A DNA stretch of 64,000 nt from Lytechinus pictus (lineage: Eukaryota), in assembly GCF_037042905.1 (NCBI RefSeq), contig NC_087252.1:20028001-20092000 (forward strand). Direction: 5' to 3'. Shown one piece after another: positions 51,501 to 64,000 of the stretch (its first letter is position 1; each line of letters opens with the position of its first letter). The translations under genes and the position numbers were made by a program. Under the pieces are notes generated by a model. That model searched no databases. It had not been told where the DNA came from and worked only from the letters and a program-made list of their open reading frames with translations.

Positions 51501-53020
51501 AGCAAATCTTGGAGTCACTCTACTTCTATGGTGCTTGTTTCGCATTGAGAGTGCATTGTGACGTCGATGAATTTCTGGGGTCCGTTTCATAAAACTTGTT
51601 ACAATAAAAAGATCGCAGTTATAATTAAAAGCTACTGAAATCCTTCGATCTCATTAGTCGCTTGTACTTTTGTTATGGAAATTGTGTATTTGCCACTATC
51701 ATAGGTTTTTATGAAACGGGGCCCTGGATTTATTCAATCTTTATTTGTTGTTGTGTTCACTCTTTTATGTTTATGTTGTATTGATTTCTTTTTTTTTACT
51801 TGATCACGAAGACACATTGACTAAATTGTTTCAAACAACAATTCAGATTTATTTGCCAGAAAAAAAAAATAAATATAAACATTTTAATATTGCTTATTTC
51901 TGATTCGTCAAAACTAAAATATGTAACATTTCAAATTTTAAAGAACTTATTTTTTTCCATTAAAATAATTTCAATGAATCAGAGTAGCCATATCCTCCCC
52001 TGCCCATCATTTGCCCATAGAAATACATTTCGGGCGAGCATCCATCCTGCCCCACACTGACCCTCTTCACCATTCACCCCTCCCCCCCCCCACACACATA
52101 AACCCTCACAATGAAAGTGCGTCTGTAAAGCCCCCGACGCCCATGAAGTCCACCCCGCGTTACATTTCCTTTTTTTCCTTGCCTATTCATACATTGCCTC
52201 TCTTCCCCCTTGTATGTATGCTGGTCAATTCTAGTACTGTGTGTATATTCTTCATTTAATTTTGTCATGTATTTTACTTAATTTACTCGGAGCAGAAATC
52301 CACAACTCAAATGTTTTTATAAAATTTTTCAGTAGTCTCCATTTTTCTCCTTTAAGCCATCTTTATTCTTGTACATACTGTATATATGTTTTTATGCTGA
52401 GATAATATATAAATTGAATAAACTGACCATCACCTACCTTACCACTGTTCCTTTTCTGTAAAGAGGTTGAATGTCAAGTTGTCTATCTTTCTCAGTCCAG
52501 TGCAATCTCACAACACTCTTCTTCCTGCCAGTCATCTCAATATTTCCAAGCCAGCTTTTCCAAAAGGTATCGACGTACATGCATGACATTTTCCACTATT
52601 TTTAAAGGCTCTCAGTGGGGGGGGGGGGGGGGCTCCTTCTCATCCCCATGTGCCCCATCCTGGATCCGCCAGTACATCACACACATACAGACTGGGACAA
52701 TAAGCATGGCGAGAGGATGCTTCTGTTTAATGACTTCAATCTCGCCACGTCCCAATGCTAGGGCAATCTTTGAGTGTCGAAAGGAAGTAGTACCAGCTTC
52801 TGATTAATGAATAACAGTGATGGGTGATGAGCTACGATCGGACTCAGATGATGAATACTGATGAACTGTCCCGACGGCATTCACACCCCAGTGAGAAGGT
52901 GAGGGATACCCTATTCACATATATCAACACCAGAAGCACGTTAACATTGCTCTTTATGCAGACTACTTCATCCTTACGTGAGCATTCCTACTTTGTCATC
53001 CTAATCTTTAATGTTTATAA

Positions 53021-53083
<63 letters not shown>

Positions 53084-54181
53084 GATATAGGTAATATATT
53101 TACTTATATATGACAATGGTCATCTACCTTTCTTTCATTACTTTTGTATATGTATTTTCGAAAAGTAAATACATATCTAGAATTTGACATAAAGATAATG
53201 AACAAATATTTTTGTATGCAATGTAAATCATCAAATGTATCATACATAACCAAATTAAGCGGTATTTTCTGTTAAACAATGAATAGGATCCGATGGTTGC
53301 AAAAGTCGTCACAAAAGCAAAGCTTGAAGCGTGACAGCCCTGGGAAATATCCAAAATAATTGTCTACTGTCAAAAAACGTGCAAGTGCATGAGGGAATGG
53401 GAACGGGTGGAGGGAGGGGGGCTAGCAAGGGAGATGCTTGGTCCTCAGAATGAAAATTTAGATAATAATATAATAAGTTTTGTTGCTGTTTTCTTTTTCA
53501 AAGTATGCATTATTGTTATCATTATTGTTATTATTATTATCATTATTATTATTATTATTATCGTCATTATCATTATTACAATTGTTGTTATTATTATCAT
53601 TATCATGAGTATGATGATGATTATTGTTATTATCAATATTATATTCATTTTGAATGTCATCGTCATCTTCATAATTACACTCCTTTTTAAGAGGACTATA
53701 ATCATATGCATGTCCGTTTCCGCCCCCTAAAAAAATGGAGTACTAGCTTTGCAAATCAATGGGGAGGATTCGCGATATACACTATTCTTTAGTAGGTTAT
53801 GTGGGTTGTGATTGTTCGTAAAAAGAACCACTAGAACACGGCGCTTAGGAAAACATCTTCTGACAATCCTTAGAAGGATGGTACAAGTCTGCAAAGTTTA
53901 AGTTAAAAATGCATTTCGTTGTTGGTTTTTTTTGACCAACCTGTTTCGGATCTTTACCAGGGCCCGGGTAGCATAAAGCTTAGTGATCGATCGTGGGACT
54001 GATTCTATGATTAATTGCATTAATCATTGTGTATGATCAATCATGAAATCTAGGCTCACAATCAATCTCAAGGCTTCTTGATAAAGGGCAAAGGAATTTA
54101 CTTTCCCGCCTTATCCATATCTATTTCCTCACTGATTCATGGCGATGGCGCCAGGTCCGTACATACATGTGTGCAGCAGTA

Positions 54182-54380
54182 CATTTCATTTCATTTCATT
54201 TCATTTCATTTCGTTTATTTCCATTTTCAACAATTACAGTTTATTTTGTACATTTTAACATATAAATAACAAAACATATTTCGAGTATTCCTGTGCAAAA
54301 TTATATTCAAGATTATTACATATCAGGTTGGAAATGGAGGAGGCTGCTAAAAAGCGGAGCTTGTAGAGTGCAGCCTCCTA
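54182..54380 (-). mobile_element. LINE (L2/CR1-type) 3'-end fragment; relative at about 58510-58706
   Basis: Stem-loop GGAGGCTGC...GCAGCCTCC followed on the minus strand by a (TGAAA)n tail. Confidence 0.55.
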
Positions 54381-55221
54381 ATAAATATTCTTGAGCATTG
54401 AGCAATGTTGAGGATGATGACTTGTGATAGGAGAGAGAGAGAGAGAGGGGGGGGGGGGTGGAATTAGGGCAATATCAATCATTCAGTAAAGTAGTAGTAA
54501 TGGTCAACGATTGCAAGGTCTTAATATAATTAGAGAGAAAGAGAATGAGAGATGGGTAGAATAAATAAAGTCATGCGAAAGAGAGGGGGAGATAGAGAAA
54601 TAGAAGCAGACATGGCGAGAAATCTATACAAAGGGGGAGAGAGAGAGAAAAAAAAAGAAAAAAAAGAAAAAGAAATTAAGAAAGTGGGATCGAAAAAATA
54701 AAATGAGAAAGAGGGTAAGAACATGGCAAATAGAGGTAGAGAGGGGGAGGATGAGAGAGAGAGAGAGGGGGGGGGGGATAACACAGAAAAGGGTCTAAGT
54801 AGCATTCCTTTGAATAAAGTAAAAAGTAAACATACGGTTTTTCTAAAGCACAAAACAGGACACTCCTCATGGGCACTGTTACACATTTTGCCTCCTGTCA
54901 ACACATTACCCTCGCATTAATGCAATTCCATTTCTTTAGCCAAGGTTATTTTCCCTTTATCCGTGCAAACAGAGCGTTGACACAATGTTCGCACTGCGTA
55001 ATTCCGCTGTGCTATCAGACAAGAGTGGGTGACCTTACGGTTTATTGATTTCGCCGTGGTACACGAATGTGTACGCACGCACACGCACGCATCTCATAAG
55101 CACGCACACGCACAGTCCTGCAAACTTTCATTCCCTGCAACGGAACAAATCTATGTTCACCAGCCGTCTCCCAAAGATGTAGGCTATTGTGCTGCGCTGC
55201 ATTGGACATACACGATTTAAG

Positions 55222-55245
55222 ATGACCAGCGAGGAGAGCGTACGA
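55222..55245 (+). CDS. Gene C exon 1 (MTSEESVR), type II membrane protein
   Basis: aagATG start, 24 nt, donor CGA|GTAAGT in phase 0. Confidence 0.7.
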
Positions 55246-56789
55246 GTAAGTATAATTTCATGGGTAATATATTGCATTGTGTGTGCTGCTATTTGTATAT
55301 AAAAGATTCTTGCGAATGTATTCATTCTTTAGACTTATCTTTATTTTGTTCCTTTCTCCTTATTGATTAGATAATCCCTTTTATTGATTTTGCTGCTTAA
55401 GGAAACGCCATGGGGCTTCTCAGAATTTAAAAAAAAGTGTGTGTGTCCGTGAGAAATGATACTCATCTATAACAATATTGACGGAGGGAAACAAGTTTCG
55501 CTTCGTTTGATTTTGTCTTCTGATCATTCTTCCGTTCATGTTGATAACTGCAAGTCGAACATATCGTGTATATGTGTTTATTCGGCGCCATTTTTAGAAC
55601 TTCATGAACTTGTCACTTGTACCTAACTTCTTTTCAGAAAACTAGAGATTATTTCCGCTTTAGCATTCATTTACCACTTTTCATTTGGATGTAATAGATG
55701 TGAGTCAAATGAACTTTTGTCAATGATGAACTTTTATCATGTTGATTAGATAATCACTTTTATTGATTGCGAGGAATCCGAAAGTGATACACATATCCAT
55801 TGTAGAAATTATCTGTATCAATATGGTTGCTAGGGTGAAACAAAATATGATTATTATTTTTTATACATTCGTCTTGCATGTGCTACCTTTATGTCAATGT
55901 TTAATGGTGAAAATTGTAGTCGAGCCTTGTGCACACTACATTTAGAAAATACATCTTTTTTTTACTATTTTGACCGGGAGTCATCTATTTACGTTGCTTG
56001 TATTAATTATATATCAACCTATTGGCTCGTTAATTCCCCAACATCTGATTCCTAATCCATTGATTGGTTTCTGACCTAACATGCCTAAGGGAGATTTCTT
56101 AAACAATTTATTCCCTCCATCATTTGAACCCTTCTTTTATTATCTCTCTTTATTTCTTTCCTCAATCCTATTTATCTGTTACCTCCCTTTGATATGGAAA
56201 TCTGTAATCTACCTTTTAACCCATCGCCCATCTTTAACTTTATTACTTTGATTGTATTTAAGTATATTTCAATGTCACACTATTTAATTCTTTTCACTCC
56301 TTAAGAATTTATTTTGAGTGATTGAAACAATCAGATTTTGTGATTCTGCACAGATAAAAAAATACAGGTCAACATAATCGTTAGGAAGAATAATTCGAAA
56401 TATAGGACAATTCTTATGATCTTGTTCGACTAACACAGTACACTTAACATGTTGGGCAACATGCTGTCAACTGTGTTGGGTATGTTGGTAAAATATATGT
56501 ATTCTCTGGGCGATTATTATCCAATAAAGAAATTTATTACCTAACAGTTTATTACCCAATTTGGACAGATTTTAACCAATAGTTGTGTGGACAGTATGTT
56601 GCCCAGTGATGGCTAAGAATTGGGCCCTTTTTTGCCCAATCCTTTCAACATTCAAGAGTGTGGTTACAAAAAAAACAATTACCTTGCCTGATTAGCGTTC
56701 CTGAGCCTATACTGTATTCTTTTTAAAAGGGTATTTTCTGGCAATTTAAACTTACAAATTAAAAAATCAATTTGCATTTCCCTCACTAG

Positions 56790-57042
56790 ATTGAACTGAG
56801 GGAGACCGGAGGAGAGTCGGACACCCAGACGAGAGCCTCCCCTCTCCCATCTGGACCTCTGCTTTCTACCAACGGAGGACCAGCCGCCGCAGAAAATGGC
56901 GGGAAACCGCAGATGGATGACGGGTACGAAACGAAGCAGACATTTAGCAAGAAAAGGAAAAGGGTCTACAAATTCGTCTGCCTATCGTTGGTTGTTACTC
57001 TCCTAGCGGTGCTCGTTATAAGTTTATCAGTCTCGCAAATAG
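56790..57042 (+). CDS. Gene C exon 2: cytoplasmic region and TM helix (IELRETGGESD...FSKKRKRVYKFVCLSLVVTLLAVLVISLSVSQI)
   Basis: tttccctcactAG acceptor and G|GTAATG donor. 253 nt open (84 codons plus 1). KKRKR precedes a hydrophobic run. Absent from the ORF track. Confidence 0.88.
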
Positions 57043-59471
57043 GTAATGTCTTTTCGTGATTTGGTTATGGATGTAATGTGCGGTGTGTAGCCATGACGTC
57101 GCGCGGGGAAATGAGACCCAAAATTGGAAATGTAATAAAGGTTGTGTTTGCGGATGAATCAAATTGAATAAAGATGGAGGAATGAGATTGAAATACCATT
57201 ACGCGGTGGGGGAAATGGGGATTGTGGAGATGTTAACATTACGAGAGAGAAATATCGCTCTTGACTTAGGTTACAGTCGTACCAATGATACTGACCCGAG
57301 ACAGAACGATGATATCCAATTCAGAGTAAACTAATATCTTTGAGCGATATGAAGTCGGTTTCACGAATGCAACTATAGCATTTAGTGCATGAAGTGAGTA
57401 ATGCGATATTCCTCAAAATTTATTTGACTATTCAAAGATAATATAAATGGCTTCATTACGGATTGACTTTATACTAAAAATAACGTGAGATTTACCTGGA
57501 AAGGACGTTAAACCCAACAGTCTTTTGATTATGTCTGTGGCTGGCACACAGTAAAAGATCTGAACTATTCTCGTCGCGATTTATAAAATGAAACAGAGCC
57601 ATTGACCTCGGAATGTTATCATTTATAGGAAAAGGACGATGTGACCACATATATGTGTACTAAGAAGAATATCACAAGTACACATTAAGATCAGTTCCCA
57701 TTCAACATGTTAAAGAGAAACGTTAAAGGGTTAATCGATAGTTTAAAGAGAATATCCCGTCTTCCAAAAGTAATCCATGTATTCGTAGATTAATTTTGAT
57801 GAAGTCGTTGAAGTCTCTAATTCAATCCTTTTTGGAGGCAACTTAGTAACTTTTAGGAATTGATATGCATTTGTTATTGAAATGAAATTTCAAATTTTTC
57901 GTACTGAAATATTGATTTCTAGTTATTTCTAAACAGTATCCTTTTAGATTGATATGTTAATACTACATGTATTTATTATTGGAATGAAATTTTTAATTGT
58001 TTGTAATGAAATAATGATTGATAATTAGTTATTACTATACTAATGCTCTCTTTTCTACTGAATTTCAAGTATTGTCATTGAATATAAAATGGAGGCTATA
58101 TGTACATTATTTGTTTGTAGCCTTCATGTAAACGGGTATTCACGTTCACTGTATACAGTTTTTATGTAATAATGGCTTTATTATGTTCAAATATGGTATA
58201 TTGATGTTTATCGACTTGTGAACGAAGTTGTGAACAAAATAAAGGACGAACTTTGAACTTTTGAACTAGAAGTTGAATTAATAACAAAGACTTGCAGAAT
58301 AGGGGAAAGTTTCTCATTCATTATGTTAGTGTTCCCATAATCATTCATTGGAAAATTCGTGACTCCTTATTTGTTTTATTAATAACATAATTATTATTAT
58401 TATCGTTGTGAGCTCAGTATAATTGTAGAAGGATGATTATTGTAATTGTGATTTGATACTTTTTAAATCCTACTTGTTCTATACACTTTTTACATTTTTC
58501 CCCCATTTTTTTTTTCATTTTCATTTATTTATTCCACTTTTAAAACAAATAACATCATATACATAACAAAAGAGTATTCGTAAACATGTGTATCAATGAT
58601 CAAATTCAATATCTAACATAAGTATTATACATGAGGTACACTACAAAATTTTTAAAAAAGTGAGGAGCCTAAATAAAAAGCAGAGCTTGTAGAAAATTAG
58701 GCTCCCATTGGGAGAAAATATGATGTCATATTCGAGGGATGGCATATTCGAGGGATGTTAAATACGAACGCGCTCGAAATTTTAACTAGCACAAAGCGAA
58801 TGGATCTCTTACGAATTAATCAATTCACCTACGAATGTTTATTTCTGTTTGATATTTACCACGGAAAAGATTATGGACAATAGTCATGATAGTTGTTCCA
58901 TACTTTCGCTATCGTGAGCTGTTTTAATTTGTATGTTGTGTGTGTGTATATTTTGTTAATCTAGTAGGGAAATGAATGTCAAGTTGTTTATCTATATCAA
59001 ATTAAAATTATAATGTCATACATATAACATAAATAATGTTAATATATCATCGACTCTTCATTGTTCAACCAAAACATCATCAAATTGACACATGCTGCAT
59101 TTTAATGATCAAATTGACACATTCTGCATTTTAATTATTTCAACAAAATTGTGAATTGTCATTTTACTTCCTTTCAAATAACTGAAAACGATGTTGGACT
59201 TTCCCTTTGAAAATTATTTTTAATAGTGTTCATTGGTTTATCTCGCAATGCGAGTGAAGGTTAGACTGTTACGTAAGAATAATTATGTTCATTTCACTAC
59301 AACGTGAGACACCGCCTTGCTACGGAAACAACACGTATTTTCACACATAAAATTTGATATTCACAAGTAGTCCTTCTATTCTCTGTCGAGGACAGAATCG
59401 TAATAAAAAGGTGATACCCTGATAAACACGATAAATAAACGCATTAAAAAGTAGGCCACAGAAAAATATGT

Positions 59472-59768
59472 GGAGCGTTGTGGCCCATGCAGTGGATTAG
59501 TCTTCTGACTTTGAAACAGGGGGTCTTGGGTTCGAATCCCATCCGTGGCGTAATTTCCTTCAGCAAGAAATACATTCACATTGTGCTTCACTCAACCCAG
59601 GTGCGATGAATGGGTACCTGGCAGGAATTCATTCCTTGAAATGCCACCACGCTGTAAAAGGCTGCGGGGCTAAAGCCAGGGTAATAATATCCAAGTCCTT
59701 TGGAAGCGTATAGGGAATTTATGACATAATGTGATATGCACTATACAAGAACTGCGTTATTATTATAT
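59472..59768 (+). mobile_element. tRNA-derived SINE (head fragment also at about 15605-15672)
   Basis: A-box-like TGGCCC...GTGG, B box GGTTCGAATCCC, central CACTCAACCCAGGTG...AATGGGTACC and a (TTA)n tail. Confidence 0.85.
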
Positions 59769-60328
59769 TTTGGAATGACAAGATGACATTTTTTGATATT
59801 TGGTTCTATGGATATTTCCCAATTACTTACTATAAATTCGTCCATTTGGAGTTGTAATAACCATTTTTGAATTTTAATTATGTATTTATTACATCAGTCT
59901 CTTGGGATTTGATGATACGGGGTTAACCCAAAATGATTTAACGAATCACAATGTAATAGATTTGGAAATCAATTCTATAATAAATATGACTATACCGTAT
60001 ATTAAAAATGACGATGCTGAGAATGAGGATGACGACGACGATGATGAGCATAGTGATGGCGATGATGATGGTGATGATTAATAATCTTAGTAATGACATA
60101 CATTTTTCATTTTATTTTAAATCACCTTTTATAAGACTGGCAAAAATAGGCAGATTAAACCCAAAACAAGTCTGACAATTCCTTACGATAAATAGATTGA
60201 AACAATGAATTTGGAGGAGATAAATTTCCATATTCTTCTATATTGTAAGACTTTATACTGATGGTGATGATTGATAAGTGCGAAATAAAATATCAATTAA
60301 CTTGATTTTATATACCTTTCTCTTGAAG

Positions 60329-60385
60329 GTTCATCACATAAAAAGACAGGATCTCAAACATCCACAGTTGCAACTATGACCGAGC
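60329..60385 (+). CDS. Gene C exon 3: Ser/Thr stalk (GSSHKKTGSQTSTVATMTE)
   Basis: cctttctcttgaAG acceptor and C|GTGAGT donor. 57 nt, phase 1-1. Confidence 0.78.
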
Positions 60386-63300
60386 GTGAGTATCCTTATT
60401 CTCTATTTCACATTTTCCATATAATGCCACAATATTTATATTCTTCAACCAATCCGAAATAATTTACAATTTTTCTTTTGTTTACCTAATTTCTTAAATC
60501 GTTAATTTTCATCAATGTTACCTAAACAAATTATACAGGGTCCGATAAAGTAACAAAACCTCTTGCCAAATGCAACCAATTAGGAGTGCCATTATACAGA
60601 TATGATAAGTTTCATTTGAGAATTTTTCTTCATGTCATATGCCATGTGTTCCTTGAAATTAAATAAACATAAACATAGTTTCCTTGTGGAGCTAACTTGG
60701 TTCCCATAAAAGCAGACACAGATAAACAAAAATATCAATTCAACAATAGAGATAATCTGACTAAGAATCAAAAGTGATGAATTCTAATTGCCTCCCCCGT
60801 ATGCCATGGAATACAATTCTATGATCCGCAGTATAGATGGCATGTATGCCATATGAACATGATTAAAGCTCGTCCATGAAAAACAGTTCACTAACATTGT
60901 AAATGGAGATATGAAAACTGCATGGGGTAGCCGTTTTCAAGTGAAGCCACGCAATTAAATAAATGCAAATTCATAACTTCATTATTTTCATGATTTTTGA
61001 CGGATTTAAAAAAAAATCAACCGATATTTTGCTTGGTTTTTTAAACTCTCATACGGTCAGGTTCTTTTGAAGATTTTCTTTATGTCAACACGATGTATAT
61101 CGACAACGCAAAGTCGTTCATTTTGGTAAAGTTGGTCAATAAAACTGTATCAGCATTTACTTAAATATCTGAAATAATCCATTAATTCTTAAATCTCACA
61201 GGGGTTTTCAGCGCTTTCGATGGCCATAGAATATCTCGATGTGCCGTAAACTCAAAAGTTATTTCGAAAAGAAAATCGTCTGTAATTGCCTACAAATCTT
61301 TAGATTAAACGTTAAAAACACAATGGATTGTAAGATTTTTTTTACTATGGATATAGAAAACTAGGATTTATTTAATAACATTTAGCATGCAATAGATTTG
61401 ATGAATCATACAAAGTTTTGTAATGTTGTCATTCCATCATCCTTACAGATGACAGTTATCTGGTCGATTATTTTTTCAGCTGAAGGACCTATTAACCTCT
61501 TAACATTTTTCATTATATCAAAAGCAAATGCTCAAAATATTATTGAAAATATAAAACGACCTTCGTATTTGCCAAGTGGTTTCGCTTTTGATAGAAAAAC
61601 CAACCGAAAGAGATGGTAATAAGTGAAACCTCCTTGACTGTTTTATATTCAACTGATTGGACGACAAAATGCTAATTAAATGCACCTCCTCAAGAGCCAT
61701 AGGTGCCCAGTAGCTCTCGACCACACAACGTTATCCATTTTTAAATCCTTGTGCAAAGCATGTAATTGGGAAACAGTTTGCTAATTGAACCCGAACAAAA
61801 CTGACAAATAAAGGAGAGGATTTTGAAAATGTCCGTACGCCCCAGGGCAGATAAACCTAATTTACCTAGTCTGTTTACATGTAATCCCTAAATATTATCA
61901 TGGGTAAGGTTATCAATTTGGTTTGCCAATTACGCTAAATAACGTGAAGAATCTTTACATATGCAAGGTCAAATTTTCAACTGGATCAATCGCCTTCTGA
62001 CTGCATGCACTGAATCTTTAGAACCAGGTTCAGAAATTTGACAAATAAATGTCGTTTTCAAATGACTTGTAATTGGTTCTTTAGTGACCCTTTCTAAGAC
62101 AGTTGACAATGTTGGATTAGAGGCCTCAAAAATGGCATCTCTTATGTCAGTGGGCGTATTATTACTTAAGGTTTGGCTTTAGATGGCTGTAAAAATGCCT
62201 TATAATGCTCATATTGAGATCTTCCACTTTATTAGCTTTGTATTGCGATGAAATCTGACATTTTGTAATAGCCCATTGCAACTGTGGACGTGTTATATTT
62301 GAGCAAATATCCATGTGGGCTAATCTCATTTCTGGTTAGGAAGGACAGTGAATTGTCATATTAAATAAATCTATTCGAGATTATGATAGCAGCTGAAGGT
62401 CAAGCCTTTCGATAAATAGGTTAAAGATGAGTTTCAAAGTAAAGATAGATCCAGGGTCCTGTAACACAAATGTTAGCGATTGATCGCTAATTTCAATGGA
62501 CAATTCCTATTGGTTCCTAGTCATTCTGCTTAGCAAAATGCGCATGCAACGATGATCTTGATTGGTCATTTCATTTAGCGATTAATTGCTAACCTTTGTG
62601 TTACGGCACCCAGATTAGATATTATAAGCCAACGGTTATAAATTGGAGAGTGAATGAGAGCTAGAGAGAAAGAGAGAGAGGGAGAGGGGGGGGGGGGAGG
62701 GGGTGGATGGGGGGGGGGGGGGTAAAAACTATTACTGAAACAGTTCCAATACGATTACATAACGGCGTGTTGTTTTTTATTTCTTTTTCGATCATTTCCA
62801 GGCCTGCCGATCCTCTTCATTATTCATCTACCTTTTATTTTATTACGTGATAAGATATAAAGACCTATAAATAGAAAATATGAACTTTCATCTGAATTCT
62901 AATTGAAATCGGGTAATCGCTTGAAAACATGCAATCTCCTTATGCCCTCTACACACTAGAATACTTCGTGTATCCATGGTAACTTGCCAGCGGTATATGT
63001 CGATAAAGGATACATGGCCGTATGCAGCGGGGAGCTGGGGGAAAGGGGCAGCTGCCCCCCCCCCCCGATATTTACTGTAAATTTTCAATAAAATTCACAA
63101 AAAGTATGCACGGATTTGTTTCAATTTTACTTCAAAAATGCCAAAGGGACGCAATGACAAGCTCCGTCGCGTCGCTTCCTCGCTCTTTGTGCCTTTTAAT
63201 ATTTCTTCGCGTCTTGGCCCCCCCCCCTTAAATGATCAACATCGTTTTTTTTTTCAGTGTCACCCGTCGGCTGGTGAAAGCTTTTGAAATGTAAAATATG

Positions 63301-63453
63301 GAAAATTGAAACACCTTTATTTTTAATTAAAAGTAGCATGTTAAGGTTGCTCACGAAAAAGCAATGAATTCTATACCTAACCTTCCTGAAACCAACATTA
63401 CAAGCTCGCTTGTCATGTTTATCTAACGCTTTGATTTTTTTTTTCAAATGCAG

Positions 63454-63510
63454 AAATCAGATGGGACCTCACAAGCAGACCAACAGTACCCGCTGTTATT
63501 CTTAATATAG
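63454..63510 (+). CDS. Gene C candidate exon 4 (QIRWDLTSRPTVPAVILNI)
   Basis: Poly-T tract and tgcAG acceptor, G|GTAATA donor. 57 nt, phase 1-1, open frame. Confidence 0.6.
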   Translation, partial: KSDGTSQADQQYPLLFLI

Positions 63511-64000
63511 GTAATATTGTTATTTTATGGCAACTGAATAAAAGTTTGTTGTAAAATTTACAGAAAAAGTAATAAGAAATATCGGTGAAAGCTAAAATCT
63601 ATCAAAGATTAACAAAGTAATTAGAATTTGAAGTTTTTTTATTTGTTACGGTCATAAGAGCAGCTGCCCCATATATATTATGTCATGTAACATCCATGAG
63701 TTTCAAATTTTGAATCGTTCGTGTTTTTATTTCTTTCAGGAGCGGATGTGAAAATGAGATTTCATTGATTACATTCTACCATACGGTATATTGAGAAACT
63801 GCTCGTATATGACGTCACAAATCAAAAACTTCAAATTCTAATAATTTCTTTATTCTGTGATGAATTTTCCTCAAACCTGCAAGATGGTCATTACCAATGT
63901 ACGGCTTATTGCAACAATAATAATCACAACACGAAACAACAACTAGGTACATGTCGAACACACATGAACTACGAATTTTTATCTGCTTAGTTTTGTGCAA

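Noticed and set aside
59472..59548. tRNA-Gln gene
   Set aside because: The cloverleaf is imperfect and continues into a SINE body and tail.

Overview
This is AT-rich, intron- and transposon-rich animal DNA. The repeat repertoire and gene style suggest an echinoderm such as a sea urchin, which is an inference. Most ORFs in the supplied track are microsatellite or repeat artefacts. Reading splice sites and exon phases by hand gave three spliced genes. Gene A (minus strand, ATG 22071, running off the left edge) is a type II membrane protein with an acidic cytoplasmic tail, one TM helix, a Thr/Pro stalk and a SEA domain. Gene B (minus strand, 51257..34853) is a complete 5-exon gene for a 293-aa secreted protein: signal peptide, LDLa, cysteine-free CUB-like domain, LDLa, LDLa. 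Gene C (plus strand, ATG 55222, running off the right edge) is a second type II membrane protein, head-to-head with B. Introns and spacers hold many non-autonomous DNA transposons (Kolobok-, hAT-, EnSpm-, Harbinger-, Sola1-, Academ- and piggyBac-like), a dead CR1-type LINE and a tRNA-derived SINE. The most notable non-coding feature is a young Penelope-like pLTR insertion (11380-11824) carrying a minimal hammerhead ribozyme whose core can be paired off by a perfect antisense arm. All family assignments come from pattern recognition; no database search was run.
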